Shown here: positions 10,015-19,919 of the stretch, piece by piece | How the letters are laid out: each line of letters begins with the position of its first letter | Position numbering within the stretch: position 1 is the first letter of the stretch | Assembly: GCA_964455935.1 (NCBI GenBank) | Contig: CAYVZU010000009.1 | Span: 1 to 62,470, forward strand | Direction of reading: 5' to 3' | Length of the DNA: 62,470 nt | DNA from: an uncultured Fibrobacterota bacterium | GTDB lineage: Bacteria > Fibrobacterota > CAYVZU01 | Translations under genes and position numbers: made by a program | Notes under the pieces: model-generated | Database searches by the model: none | What the model saw: only the letters and a program-made list of their open reading frames with translations | Told to the model about the DNA's origin: nothing

Positions 10015-11478
10015 ATGCCGTCGCACGATTCGAAACACGACGTGAAGCTAGACATTCTAGTAATTGACGACGAACCCGTAATTGTCGAGAGCCTAACCGA
10101 GTGCCTCAAGGGGCACAACGTGAAGTCCGCAGGCACGGCTTCGTCAGGCCTCAAGCTTTTTCACGAATCCCGTTTTGACCTGGTCCTTCTCGATCTCAAG
10201 TTGCCGGATCGCGACGGAATGCACATTTTGCGCGAAATGCGCGAGAGCGAGCCTTCCTGCGAGGTCGTGATCATCACAGCGGACAACTCCGTGGAAAAGG
10301 CGGTCGAGGCCATTAAGAACGGTGCTTACGATTATCTTGCGAAGCCTTTCACCGCCGATGCGGTCAAGGGGATTGTTGAAAAGGCCCGCGCCAGCATCAA
10401 GCGCCGCAAAGAAGTGGATCTCCTGCGCTCCGAACTCAAATGCATGGCCAGCGACAACCAGATTATCGGCGAGAGCGAACCCATGACCGAAGTCTTTCAG
10501 GCGATAAAGCAGGCTTCGGGCAACCACAAACCCGCGCTGGTGATTGGTGAAATCGGGACCGGAAAAGAACTGGTAGCCAGGGCCATCCACCGCGAGAGCA
10601 ATCGTCGCGACAAACCCTTTGTGATCATTGCGTGCAGCGACAACACCGATCAGCAGACCGAGCGGGAGCTATTTGGATGGGCCAAAAATGCCTTTGACGG
10701 CGCAGCCACTGCGCAGCCCGGCAAGCTCGAGATGGCCGACGGCGGAACCATCTTTTTCGACGAAATCAACAAGATCGGGGAAAGCCTACAGAACAGGATT
10801 CTGAAGGTCTTCACCGAGGGCACCTTCGTACGCAAGGGAGAATCCAAGCAGCGCAAAACCGATGTCCGGGTGATCGCCTCCAGTTCCGACAATCTCTATC
10901 TGGAAGTCCACGCGGGCCTCTTTAGCGAGGATCTCTACGACTATCTGGGGGCGCAACTGGTTGAAGTTCCCAACCTCAAGGCGCGCGGAAAAGACATCAT
11001 CACGTTGACCAAGCACTTCCTGAAAATGGAATGCAAGCGCCGCAACAAATCCGTGCGTGGCGTCAACGGCAAAATTCTCAACGCCTTTATCAAATACTCC
11101 TGGCCGGGAAACGTGCGCGAATTGAAGAGCATTTGCGAGCGTCTGGTCACCCTGGCCATGCCGGGCGAGCTGCTGGACGTCGATAAGCTTCCGCCGGAAA
11201 TCTACACTGGCGTGCACCGCGGCCGGAAAATCCCGGGCCTGCAGGGCAAGTTCCAGTACGACGAGCGGCTTTACGACGTCCTGGACAAGCTTGAAACCGA
11301 ATACATCGCGCGCATTCTGCAGAAATACAATTACAATCAGTCGCATGCGGCGCGCGTGCTGGGCATTCATCGCAACACCCTGCTGCTGAAATTGCGCAAG
11401 CTGCAGATTCCTATGGAAAAAAGGCGCCGGCGCATGACGCCCGCCGGACCCGCCGGACGCATTATCCAGGGCCGGTAA
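10015..11478 (+). CDS. NtrC-family response regulator (REC-AAA+-Fis HTH) with a degenerate GAFTGA loop
   Basis: REC (IDDE, LLDLKLP, KPF), Walker A GEIGTGKE, Walker B FFDEI, WPGNVREL, HTH AARVLGIHRNTL. The GAFTGA position reads NAFDGA. Confidence 0.92.
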   Translation: MPSHDSKHDVKLDILVIDDEPVIVESLTECLKGHNVKSAGTASSGLKLFHESRFDLVLLDLKLPDRDGMHILREMRESEPSCEVVIITADNSVEKAVEAIKNGAYDYLAKPFTADAVKGIVEKARASIKRRKEVDLLRSELKCMASDNQIIGESEPMTEVFQAIKQASGNHKPALVIGEIGTGKELVARAIHRESNRRDKPFVIIACSDNTDQQTERELFGWAKNAFDGAATAQPGKLEMADGGTIFFDEINKIGESLQNRILKVFTEGTFVRKGESKQRKTDVRVIASSSDNLYLEVHAGLFSEDLYDYLGAQLVEVPNLKARGKDIITLTKHFLKMECKRRNKSVRGVNGKILNAFIKYSWPGNVRELKSICERLVTLAMPGELLDVDKLPPEIYTGVHRGRKIPGLQGKFQYDERLYDVLDKLETEYIARILQKYNYNQSHAARVLGIHRNTLLLKLRKLQIPMEKRRRRMTPAGPAGRIIQGR

Positions 11479-11501
11479 GGTCCTGGCCTCGGATCGCTGA
11501 C

Positions 11502-11529
11502 AAAGGCCCCGCACCTGCGGGGCCTTTTT
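11502..11529 (+). terminator. Rho-independent terminator
   Basis: AAAGGCCCCGCA-CC-TGCGGGGCCTTTTT hairpin with a U-tract after the regulator. Confidence 0.85.
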
Positions 11530-11622
11530 GTTTTCCTTGACAGCCCGGATTTTTCGAGTGTTGTTTAATCCCAGACGCCAATGCGCGCGGCCAGGCCCAT
11601 CCCCATTCCAAAGGACAACAAC

Positions 11623-12939
11623 ATGGACTTCACAGTCGAGACCCTAGGGCCGCGGACGGTCCCCTCGCCCGTAAAGCTTTCCAAGATCCACGGCGACTTC
11701 ATCACAAACTATGTCGATGACCGCGCGCGCACTCTTCGCGATCCCGCGGTGCTCGCCGGAAGCCAGCCGCAACCGGTGGACTTTGCCGGGGGGTGCTTTG
11801 AAATCGCGGGTCCCCGCGAGATGATCTATTTCGATCCGGCCAAGGTTCGCTGCGCCATCGTGACCGCCGGGGGCCTCTGCCCGGGGATTAACGATGTAAT
11901 CCGGTCTCTGGTCATGGAGCTGTGGTACTGGTACGGAGTGCGCGAGATCCTTGGCGTTCGGTATGGATACAGGGGATTCCTGGCCGAGTCCGGTTTCCCC
12001 ATGATTCCTTTGACGCCCGAGAAGGTTGACAACATTCACAACCTGGGCGGAACGATCCTGGCTTCCTCGCGCGGCATGGTTGATTCGGAACGCATTGTCG
12101 ATACGCTGGTGGAAAAGAAAATCGATGTTCTCTTTACCATTGGCGGGGATGGGACGCAAAAAGGGGCGCAAGCCGCCGCGGAAGTCATCAAGCGGCGGGG
12201 CCTGAAAATCGCGGTGGTGGGAATTCCCAAGACGATTGACAACGACGTTCTTTTCGTCGAAAGATCCTTTGGTTTCGAGACGGCCTTTTCCATTGCCGTC
12301 GAAGCGGTCCGCGGCGCTCACGTCGAGGCCCGAGGCGCCTTCAATGGCATCGGGCTGGTAAAGTTGATGGGCCGCGACTCCGGTTTCATAGCCGCCAGCG
12401 CGGCGATTGCCAATCACGATGTGAACTTCGTGCTGGTGCCCGAGGTGCCGTTCGACCTCGAAGGCCCAAACGGTTTTCTTCATCATTTGGCCCAACGGCT
12501 GAACAATCGCCATCACGCCGTGATTCTGGCGGCCGAAGGCGCAGGCCAGGATCTGCTGGCCTCGGAGCAGCGCGAGAAGGATGCGTCGGGAAACATCAAG
12601 CACGCCGATATCGGCCTGTTTCTCTCCAGCCGGATCAAGCGATATTTGGCCGAAAGAAAAATCGAGGTTTCACTCAAATACATCGACCCCAGCTACATTG
12701 TGCGTAGCGCGCCGGCCATTCCCAGCGACTCGGTCTATTGCGCCCAATTGGGGCAGAACGCGGCCCATGCCGCCATGGCCGGCAAAACAGCCGTTGTGGT
12801 TGGTCTGTGGAACAGCACCTTCACGCATGTTCCCATCCGGGAGATTATCAAGGGTCGAAAGAAGATCGATCCGGAAAGCGGATTCTGGTTGCACACGGTC
12901 CAGTCGACGGGTCAGCCATTTTCGATGGTCAATCGCTGA
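11623..12939 (+). CDS. pfkA: ATP-dependent 6-phosphofructokinase (group X, plant/spirochete-like)
   Basis: TAGGLCPG, GGDGT (Gly at the ATP/PPi determinant), PKTIDND, MGRDSG, YIDPSY. RBS aaggac before ATG 11623. Confidence 0.92.
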   Translation: MDFTVETLGPRTVPSPVKLSKIHGDFITNYVDDRARTLRDPAVLAGSQPQPVDFAGGCFEIAGPREMIYFDPAKVRCAIVTAGGLCPGINDVIRSLVMELWYWYGVREILGVRYGYRGFLAESGFPMIPLTPEKVDNIHNLGGTILASSRGMVDSERIVDTLVEKKIDVLFTIGGDGTQKGAQAAAEVIKRRGLKIAVVGIPKTIDNDVLFVERSFGFETAFSIAVEAVRGAHVEARGAFNGIGLVKLMGRDSGFIAASAAIANHDVNFVLVPEVPFDLEGPNGFLHHLAQRLNNRHHAVILAAEGAGQDLLASEQREKDASGNIKHADIGLFLSSRIKRYLAERKIEVSLKYIDPSYIVRSAPAIPSDSVYCAQLGQNAAHAAMAGKTAVVVGLWNSTFTHVPIREIIKGRKKIDPESGFWLHTVQSTGQPFSMVNR

Positions 12940-13171
12940 GCGTCTTCTCCGTTGCGCGGTCCGTTTTGGCCTTGCGTGACCGCTGAATCACTTGTGTGAT
13001 CCGTCCTGCAACATAGATCAGAAATCCGCCAATCGCCATGTAGAATCCCTTTGGCCTGCCCAGCGGCCCGCTTGCCGTCCGATCGGCCAGAAGCCAGAAC
13101 GTGCCGGTACAAGCTGTGGTGACCCCAACGAACATCCAGAAGATCCCCTTGGAAAGAAAAGGAAATTTCAT
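12929..13171 (-). CDS. Small two-TM membrane protein, hypothetical
   Basis: 80 aa from ATG 13171 with two hydrophobic segments and a basic tail. Converges on pfk and is divergent from the large operon. Confidence 0.55.
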   Translation of the reverse strand: MKFPFLSKGIFWMFVGVTTACTGTFWLLADRTASGPLGRPKGFYMAIGGFLIYVAGRITQVIQRSRKAKTDRATEKTLSD

Positions 13172-13466
13172 ATGAAATTGCCATCCTATTAAGCACGCAA
13201 GCATGAGAACTGAAAATCTCTTAAGGTCTGCGGGAGGGTCAAGAAATATTTGGCAGTTAAAGTAGGATAATTCTATATTGACGATTAAGCGGCTTATTGA
13301 ACGGTTTTACGCATAGGATAACTTGTTAAAACAGAATGGGTTAAGCTGAAATTGGCAAAAGTACATTATCGGGTATGTGGATCCATCTGGAACACCACTA
13401 ATTGTGGTTAGTTCCTTTTATCTGTTTGGATCCAGTTTCCCCGAATTGGAGAGGAGGTGAACTGGG

Positions 13467-13709
13467 ATGCCTGAATATTTTACATCAGGTCAGGTTGCCA
13501 AAAGACTGCGGGTGTCTGTATCCACCCTCAAACGCTGGAGCGCATTGCGAGACAGCGCCAATGGTGAGACGCGCAACGCAAGCGGCTGGATGTTGTTCTC
13601 GGAAACCGACATTACGGACCTAAGACGATTTAAACGCGATCGACGCCGCATCGGACGGAACTTCAGCAAGGAAACGCTGGAGCCCGCCAACGGGTCGGAG
13701 GGAAAATGA
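13467..13709 (+). CDS. Small MerR/excisionase-type HTH DNA-binding protein heading the Agl-Glt-like operon
   Basis: YFTSGQVAKRLRVSVSTLKRW...RNASGWMLFSETD. Strong RBS gaggagg. Its stop overlaps the next ATG (ATGA). Confidence 0.8.
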   Translation: MPEYFTSGQVAKRLRVSVSTLKRWSALRDSANGETRNASGWMLFSETDITDLRRFKRDRRRIGRNFSKETLEPANGSEGK

Positions 13710-14791
13710 ATCTGCCGCGGTCGAGTCTGGCGCTGGCGACAGTTCTGGTTTTGTGCGCCACAGCCCAGCTCAATGCCGATCTGAAGCGTTCCCGGACGGA
13801 GGACCTGATGGAGGTCCGCGCCTCCAATACCGAAGGCTTCTCCAACATCTGGGCGGGAGCGGATGTGCACTGCGAGTATCGCGACAATTCGCTGTCGATC
13901 GAGCCCAAGGTGTGCGGGCGCATCGGGCTGGCTTCACTGCTTCACCTCAGCGGTAGTACGGGCGTTCCCAAGGGGCGCACTCTGGGCACAACCGAGGTCC
14001 ATGCGCAGATCACACTTCCCGGAAACGACCGGCTTCGATTCATTGGCATGGCCGCAAGCGGCGACATGCTTCTGACAACCCGGGCCGATCCCGAATCCGA
14101 CAGACCCCCTTTCGTTCCCTATCTGGGATTCACGGCCCTGATCGATTTGGACCTGATCGCCAAATTCCCCTGGCTGCCGTTGAAACTATACGTGAATGCC
14201 ACAAATCTGGCCGGGGAAAACATCATGCTCTATTTCACGCCGGTCAGTCTGCTGGGGGGAATCGAGTATAAAGGAAGCCGTCACAGCTACTTTGCCAGCG
14301 GACAAGCCATGGTGTTAAAGCAGAACAATGATATTGAGCTGACCCAGATTAAGTCCTCCGGCGAATTCGATCAATTTCTTTTCTATGTATATCCGGGACT
14401 ACGCTATCGAATCAGCGACCGCATCAGCCTGGTGGGCCGCGGCCGGCTGCTGCTCCTCTCCATTGGCGATAGTCCCTATTTGCCGCAGCGAATGCTTGGC
14501 GTTTCAATCGGCGCGGAGATTCCTTTGCTGTTCAAGGACACCGATGCCGAAGCGCTGCGAAGTTTGATTTTCGTCGAACGTAGGCGCAAGTCGAACCAGT
14601 CCGTCGCCAAAGCAAAGGCGGCGGCCGCCCAGGGCCAGGGTCGAATGGCCGCGATTATGCCCGCCGACTCGCTGGCGACCGGCGAGGCCCAGAGACGAAG
14701 CAATGATTATTTCAAACAGCGCGAGGAACTCCGCAACAGTCGCAAGAAGGTTCTGGAAGACATGGAGAAAATTGAGGAGATGCTGGAATAA
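13706..14791 (+). CDS. Putative outer-membrane beta-barrel protein with C-terminal coiled coil (paralog A)
   Basis: Signal peptide, alternating amphipathic strands, charged helical tail. Shares motifs with the next gene (PLKLYVNA vs PLTLYANA; GIEYKG in both). Confidence 0.65.
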   Translation: MNLPRSSLALATVLVLCATAQLNADLKRSRTEDLMEVRASNTEGFSNIWAGADVHCEYRDNSLSIEPKVCGRIGLASLLHLSGSTGVPKGRTLGTTEVHAQITLPGNDRLRFIGMAASGDMLLTTRADPESDRPPFVPYLGFTALIDLDLIAKFPWLPLKLYVNATNLAGENIMLYFTPVSLLGGIEYKGSRHSYFASGQAMVLKQNNDIELTQIKSSGEFDQFLFYVYPGLRYRISDRISLVGRGRLLLLSIGDSPYLPQRMLGVSIGAEIPLLFKDTDAEALRSLIFVERRRKSNQSVAKAKAAAAQGQGRMAAIMPADSLATGEAQRRSNDYFKQREELRNSRKKVLEDMEKIEEMLE

Positions 14792-14952
14792 TGTTCTGCC
14801 GCCGAATTCAACATTCGAACTCCGGGCACCGGAAAGGCGCCAAAGGACCGCTTGCGGATGCGCGCAGGCGCCAGCGAAACCGGTCCGCGGGAGCCGCCGA
14901 CCCGCTTGATCGCGGACTTCGAATCTCGAATTTGTCCGGAGTTATTCGGCAC

Positions 14953-16125
14953 ATGCCGCCATGGATCCCGGTGCTTCCGCTTTTGCTGGCCGGCTTGTGC
15001 TTTGGCGCCATCACAAAACGCGAACGGGGCGACAACCTGTATCAGACAATCTCGGCCAACACAATGGGAAAAGGGAATCTATGGCTCAGCGCGCAATTAA
15101 TGGGCTTTATCTGGGACAATTCGTTGACCGCCAAACAGGGCGGGGGGCAATTGAAGATCTTTCCGTCGCTCGAGGGTCGCTACGGCATTTTTCAATTTCT
15201 GCAGGCCCGGTTCTATTCGCGCCTGCTTAGCTATGGATTCCAGCCCGGCTATGTGGGCGCCGAACTCAAGACGACCATACCCAACAATATGGCCATCCGG
15301 TTTCTGGGGTTGGGATTGGCCGTGCAATACGAACGCGGGTTGCTGACGGAATTCTCGAGCATCGGGGGCACCCGGTTTGGGGCCACGGGGTTCTCGCCCG
15401 AGGGACTGATCTACGAGTCCGGCTCCACAAATTTCATTCTGGCCGCGGATTTCGATTTTCTGGCCCTCTCGTCCTATACGCCGCTGACGCTTTATGCCAA
15501 TGCGGGGTATGCCCTGCCCAACGATGGCGCGTATTCCCAGTTGGGACAATTTCTGATGCGCACCGGAATCGAGTACAAAGGCATCGGCGCGGATTTTTTT
15601 ACGGAGTTCTGGATGAATGCGCTTAACAACTTTCGCGAGCCCTTTTTGGTGGAGAACCTCCCGCATCCGCGCCGCTACTTTGTGCATTTTTCGGAAAATG
15701 CGTGGTTCATCACGGCGGGAGCGCGGATGCGCTACGAGAGCGGCCTGACGACCTTCGCCAACATTTCGCTGCGGCCCAAAGCGCTTGTGTCCGACCCGGG
15801 CGCCCCCATCGAAGCGGACAGGCTTGGCGAAGCCGCCGTTCAGAGCATGGAAAACAGCACCGAAGTCAATGCCGGATTTTCGCCGTTCTATGCGGACTGG
15901 ATGCTGCAAGGAGGAATCGCATACCCGATCCGTTACGCGCAGCCGTCCTCGGAAATCTACCGGGGATTTCTGCTTAAGAAGAATGAAAAACGCAAGAAGG
16001 TGATTGATATCGATGAGAAAGTGAAGGCCTCCGGCACGAATGCGGAGGAAGAGGAATCGAAGAAGCGCCTGGAGCAGATCGAGGAACGAAAAAAGAAGGT
16101 TATGGATGGGATCATCCTGGACTAA
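14953..16125 (+). CDS. Putative outer-membrane beta-barrel protein with C-terminal coiled coil (paralog B)
   Basis: ATG 14953 gives a signal peptide (MPPWIPVLPLLLAGLCFG). Aromatic-rich strands, tail EESKKRLEQIEERKKK. Paralog of 13706. Confidence 0.65.
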   Translation: MPPWIPVLPLLLAGLCFGAITKRERGDNLYQTISANTMGKGNLWLSAQLMGFIWDNSLTAKQGGGQLKIFPSLEGRYGIFQFLQARFYSRLLSYGFQPGYVGAELKTTIPNNMAIRFLGLGLAVQYERGLLTEFSSIGGTRFGATGFSPEGLIYESGSTNFILAADFDFLALSSYTPLTLYANAGYALPNDGAYSQLGQFLMRTGIEYKGIGADFFTEFWMNALNNFREPFLVENLPHPRRYFVHFSENAWFITAGARMRYESGLTTFANISLRPKALVSDPGAPIEADRLGEAAVQSMENSTEVNAGFSPFYADWMLQGGIAYPIRYAQPSSEIYRGFLLKKNEKRKKVIDIDEKVKASGTNAEEEESKKRLEQIEERKKKVMDGIILD

Positions 16126-16213
16126 CCTGCTGGAGCGCAGCGCAAGAGGCCTGCTCGGCATTGGCCGGCCGCAACCGATCCGCCCTGGCGGATTGCATTC
16201 CGGGTGGCGGCCC

Positions 16214-19200
16214 ATGCCATGCCTTTTGCGATGCGCTCTGTTAATTGCAGGATTGTCCGCCATGGTTTTGGCGGCTCCCGGGGATTCCACAGCCGCCGCG
16301 GCGACCGTGGCGCGTCCGGACTCCGCGGCCGGATCGGATTCCTCCGCGCAGCCCGAAAAAAAACCGAATGTCTCGAAGGCCGGGCCCGGTTCCGCGGACG
16401 CAGCCCCGGCGAAGCAGGGATTCCTGGCGCCGGTCCGCCGCGCCCTGAAGCGGCTGATCAAGATCCGCAGCGACTCGGTCTCGGTGGACGACCGCATCCT
16501 GACGCGAACCGAGAAAAGCGCCATGCGCCTGAGCGAAGAACAATGGAAACTCAAGGTGGTCTTCGGCGAAATGGACCGCCTTGCCACGGTTCTTCAGGAT
16601 ATGCGCGATCTTCAGCTGTATCCGGCCTCCCTGACCCGGACCAATCCCAAGTGGAGTGTGGCGTTCGACAAGAAGCTGGAGAAAAAAGAGAAGGAGATCA
16701 AGGAAATCCGCTCGCGTGTGGATGCACTAAGCCGGCCCCTTCTCGACGCGGTCGCGATTCTGCGCGAGATGACCATGGGCGAATTCAACCGGGACATGGT
16801 CGACATTCTTGACCAGGAAAACCGGGATCGGACCGTGGTCATTCTGCAGGTCAAGCGGGAAATCAACGCCCAGTGGGAGACCATTGGAAAGTTGTTCCAT
16901 GACGTATGGGCCGTCGCGGGACTCGAATACCCGCGGATCGAGAGCCAGGCGGGATTCGACGCCGAGTTCTTCGCCATCCTCTACTCGAACCTGGGCCGCA
17001 ACTCGGACCTGTTCTACGACAAACTGCGGGTATTCAAAGATACTCTGGCCGCGCGCGGGACCCAGGATACCTGGCGCAAAATGGCCGCCGTTGATCTGGC
17101 CCGAATTCAGGAACGCCTGCAAGCCGGTCTCTACGAAATTTCGGCGCTCGAACTGCAGAATCTCATTGAGCGCTACAACGGACGAATCGAGATCGGCGCC
17201 CTTTATTACCTCTACGGGAAAAGCCTTCTTCTCCAGGGACGCCACCGCGAAGCGCAGGAGACCTTCGCCAAAGTTGCGGCCGGCTCCAACTACCGTTCGC
17301 GGGCACTGTTGGGTCAATTGCAGGCCCTTTTCCTGCTCGACGACTTTCCGGGCGTTCTGGCGCAGTTTGGTGTCGAATGGCTCGATACCAATCTAACGGC
17401 CGGCCAGCGCAACTTCGCGATTCTCATGGGCGCGCAGGCGGCCTATCGCACGGCCCGGTATGACAGTGTAATCAACTTTGTGACCGCGGCCCGGGCAGAC
17501 CGCAAATACTATGCGGAACTGGTGTACGCACTGGCCCAGGTCTATCTGATCAAGGGCGACCAGGCCACGGCCCAGAAGCTGTGGGAGAAGGTCCTTTCAC
17601 TGCCGGCCTCGGCCCGCGGAGACGCCGCCCTGAATAATCGCACCACTCTCATGCTGGCGTATCTCGCCTACGAACAGGGCAAATACGAACAGGCCCTGAA
17701 TCTGTTCTTTAAGATTGCCGACGACCCCCGGTTCTTCGCCGATGCTCTATACGGAATTGTCTGGTGCTATATGAAACTGGGCAATCCCAATGAAGCCGAG
17801 ATCGCCCTTCGAAAAATGGTCAACCAGAATCCGGACAACCCGTTGGCCGTGGAAGGCATTCTGCTCTTGGGCAAGAAAATCGCGGCCCAGGCCGAACTGG
17901 AGTGGAACTACAGCGCCTTCTGCCGCGAAGAAGCCGTGCGCATTCGGGAGCTCTCCGAGAGGCTGGAACGCCGCAGGGCCGATGGGGCGTCGGCGACCGT
18001 GCTCAACGAAGCCGCGGCCCAACTGGATACGCTGGAGCAGCGTCATTCGAAGCGCAAGCCCCTGCGGCGCGACCAGATTTCGCAACTCTTCAGCAGGTCG
18101 CTTGAAATTTGCGATATGGTCGTGGCCAACTACAAATCAGGCATGTACCTGGAAACCCAGGCGGCGGGCCGGCGCGAAAACCTGATCCGGCAGCTCTCCG
18201 AACTGCAAGCACGAACCGAGGCGCAACGCCGCAGCGTGGCCGCCATGGAGGTCAGGGCAACCGAAACAGCCCAACGCGCCGATGTGGCCACGATCAAGGA
18301 CGCCGTGCAGCGGGCTCGAATCTTCAAGATCAGCGTCATGATGCGCCAGCAGAACTGGGAAACCGAGAATGCGGACCAGGTCCTGATCAGCCTCAATGCC
18401 CGCATCGACTCACTGCGAAAAGAAGCGACTACGTCCGCCGACAGCGTTGCGAAAGCCGCGGCCCGCAAGGGGGTCGCCCGCTATCAGAAAGCCAGGGGTG
18501 AGTTCGTGATTGTCACCGAGCAGGAGAAAGCGGCGCGGCGAAGCCGGATCATTGATGTGATCGAGCGCTGTGGAAAGGAATACCGGCTTACGGGCGATCA
18601 GGAGCAATACCTTCTTTTTCAGTTGGCCGAACTCCGTTACGACGAGGCCAAAGATGCGTTTTTGGCGGAACTGGCCCGCTATGACGAAGCGCTGGTCCGG
18701 TTCGACAGCCTGGCCACCCTGGCCAAGACCCGGGATATCCCGGCGCCCGAGCCGCCCGTAGAGCCCAAGCCCGAATACGGCCCCTGCATGGCTATTTTTC
18801 AGGATCTGATCTCCCGCTACCCCGATGGGGTCTACACGGGGAGCGCCCTATACTCGCTCGCATTCTGTTACAACGATCTGGGCCGCGATACGGTGGCCCG
18901 GGAGCATTTCGAAAAACTGGCGCAGAAGTTTCCCCAGAACCCGCATGCCGCCCAGGCGTGCATGGCCGTGGGCGAATTCTGGTTTGACCGGGCCGAATTG
19001 GAAAAGTCGGTGGCCGCCTATTCGAAAGTGCTCACCTATGCCGAGAGCGAGTGGTTCGACGAAGCCATTTACAAGCTGGGGTGGTCCTACTACCGCCTTT
19101 CGAAAACCAAGAAAGCGATCAGCTCGTTCGTGTATCTGATGTCCGACAACGGATTGAACCTGGGCAAGGAGTCCGTATCCAAAACCAAATCGCTTCTGGA

Positions 19201-19918
19201 AAAGGAATCGATCGACTACATCGCCATCAGTTTTGCCGAGGAAGACACGACCTGGCAGGGCGGCATCGAGAAAGCAAAGGCCTTCCTGGGCCGCATCCGG
19301 GATGACCGCACCGGGATGCGGATTCTGCACAAACTCGCCGATGTGTACCGGGCCCAGGGGACCGAGGCGAGTCTTAAGCTCGCCCGCAAAACGTATGAGA
19401 CCCTGCTGGACATGTTTCCGTATTACGACAACAATCCGCAGGTTGAGCTGGACCTGATCGCCGTGCTCGAAAAGCAGGGCGTCAACGTTGACATCAATGC
19501 CTCGCGCATGGAAATTTTCCGGCGCTATAACCATCGCAGTTCCTGGGCCAAAAGCAAATCGGACGATCGCGTGGTGGCCCGGGGCGACTCCATTTCCAGC
19601 AGCGCGTTGTTCGAAGCCGCGCGGCGATTCGCCCTGGATGCGGCCCAGAACAACGACGTAGCCATCTACAAGCAGGCCATGGATGCCTACCGCCGGTTTA
19701 TCGACACCTATCCGGGGGACACCCGCTCGGCCGATTCGCATTACAACATTGCCGAAATTCTTTTCAGCCTGGGCCAATACCAAAATGCGGCGCAGGAATA
19801 TATGCGGGTGTCGCGAATCTACCAGAAAAGCACGCATCAGGAGACGGCCGCCTGGAATGCCATTGTCTCGGCCCAAAACTTCAAAAAGCTAAGGCTGCAA
19901 GCCGAGGCGCAGCAATAG
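16214..19918 (+). CDS. Large periplasmic TPR protein with coiled coils (GltD/GltE-like)
   Basis: Signal peptide from ATG 16214. Many TPR motifs (ALYSLAFCY, AIYKLGWSYY, SHYNIAEILF) and a GltD-like EKESIDYIAISFAE segment. Confidence 0.8.
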   Translation: MPCLLRCALLIAGLSAMVLAAPGDSTAAAATVARPDSAAGSDSSAQPEKKPNVSKAGPGSADAAPAKQGFLAPVRRALKRLIKIRSDSVSVDDRILTRTEKSAMRLSEEQWKLKVVFGEMDRLATVLQDMRDLQLYPASLTRTNPKWSVAFDKKLEKKEKEIKEIRSRVDALSRPLLDAVAILREMTMGEFNRDMVDILDQENRDRTVVILQVKREINAQWETIGKLFHDVWAVAGLEYPRIESQAGFDAEFFAILYSNLGRNSDLFYDKLRVFKDTLAARGTQDTWRKMAAVDLARIQERLQAGLYEISALELQNLIERYNGRIEIGALYYLYGKSLLLQGRHREAQETFAKVAAGSNYRSRALLGQLQALFLLDDFPGVLAQFGVEWLDTNLTAGQRNFAILMGAQAAYRTARYDSVINFVTAARADRKYYAELVYALAQVYLIKGDQATAQKLWEKVLSLPASARGDAALNNRTTLMLAYLAYEQGKYEQALNLFFKIADDPRFFADALYGIVWCYMKLGNPNEAEIALRKMVNQNPDNPLAVEGILLLGKKIAAQAELEWNYSAFCREEAVRIRELSERLERRRADGASATVLNEAAAQLDTLEQRHSKRKPLRRDQISQLFSRSLEICDMVVANYKSGMYLETQAAGRRENLIRQLSELQARTEAQRRSVAAMEVRATETAQRADVATIKDAVQRARIFKISVMMRQQNWETENADQVLISLNARIDSLRKEATTSADSVAKAAARKGVARYQKARGEFVIVTEQEKAARRSRIIDVIERCGKEYRLTGDQEQYLLFQLAELRYDEAKDAFLAELARYDEALVRFDSLATLAKTRDIPAPEPPVEPKPEYGPCMAIFQDLISRYPDGVYTGSALYSLAFCYNDLGRDTVAREHFEKLAQKFPQNPHAAQACMAVGEFWFDRAELEKSVAAYSKVLTYAESEWFDEAIYKLGWSYYRLSKTKKAISSFVYLMSDNGLNLGKESVSKTKSLLEKESIDYIAISFAEEDTTWQGGIEKAKAFLGRIRDDRTGMRILHKLADVYRAQGTEASLKLARKTYETLLDMFPYYDNNPQVELDLIAVLEKQGVNVDINASRMEIFRRYNHRSSWAKSKSDDRVVARGDSISSSALFEAARRFALDAAQNNDVAIYKQAMDAYRRFIDTYPGDTRSADSHYNIAEILFSLGQYQNAAQEYMRVSRIYQKSTHQETAAWNAIVSAQNFKKLRLQAEAQQ

Positions 19919-19919
19919 T

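Noticed and set aside
13467-13709. Prophage or ICE excisionase
   Set aside because: No integrase, att site or phage genes nearby, and it is coupled to an envelope operon.
15097-16587. 496-aa minus-strand ORF
   Set aside because: Antisense shadow of two well-supported + strand genes in GC-rich DNA, with no recognisable motifs.
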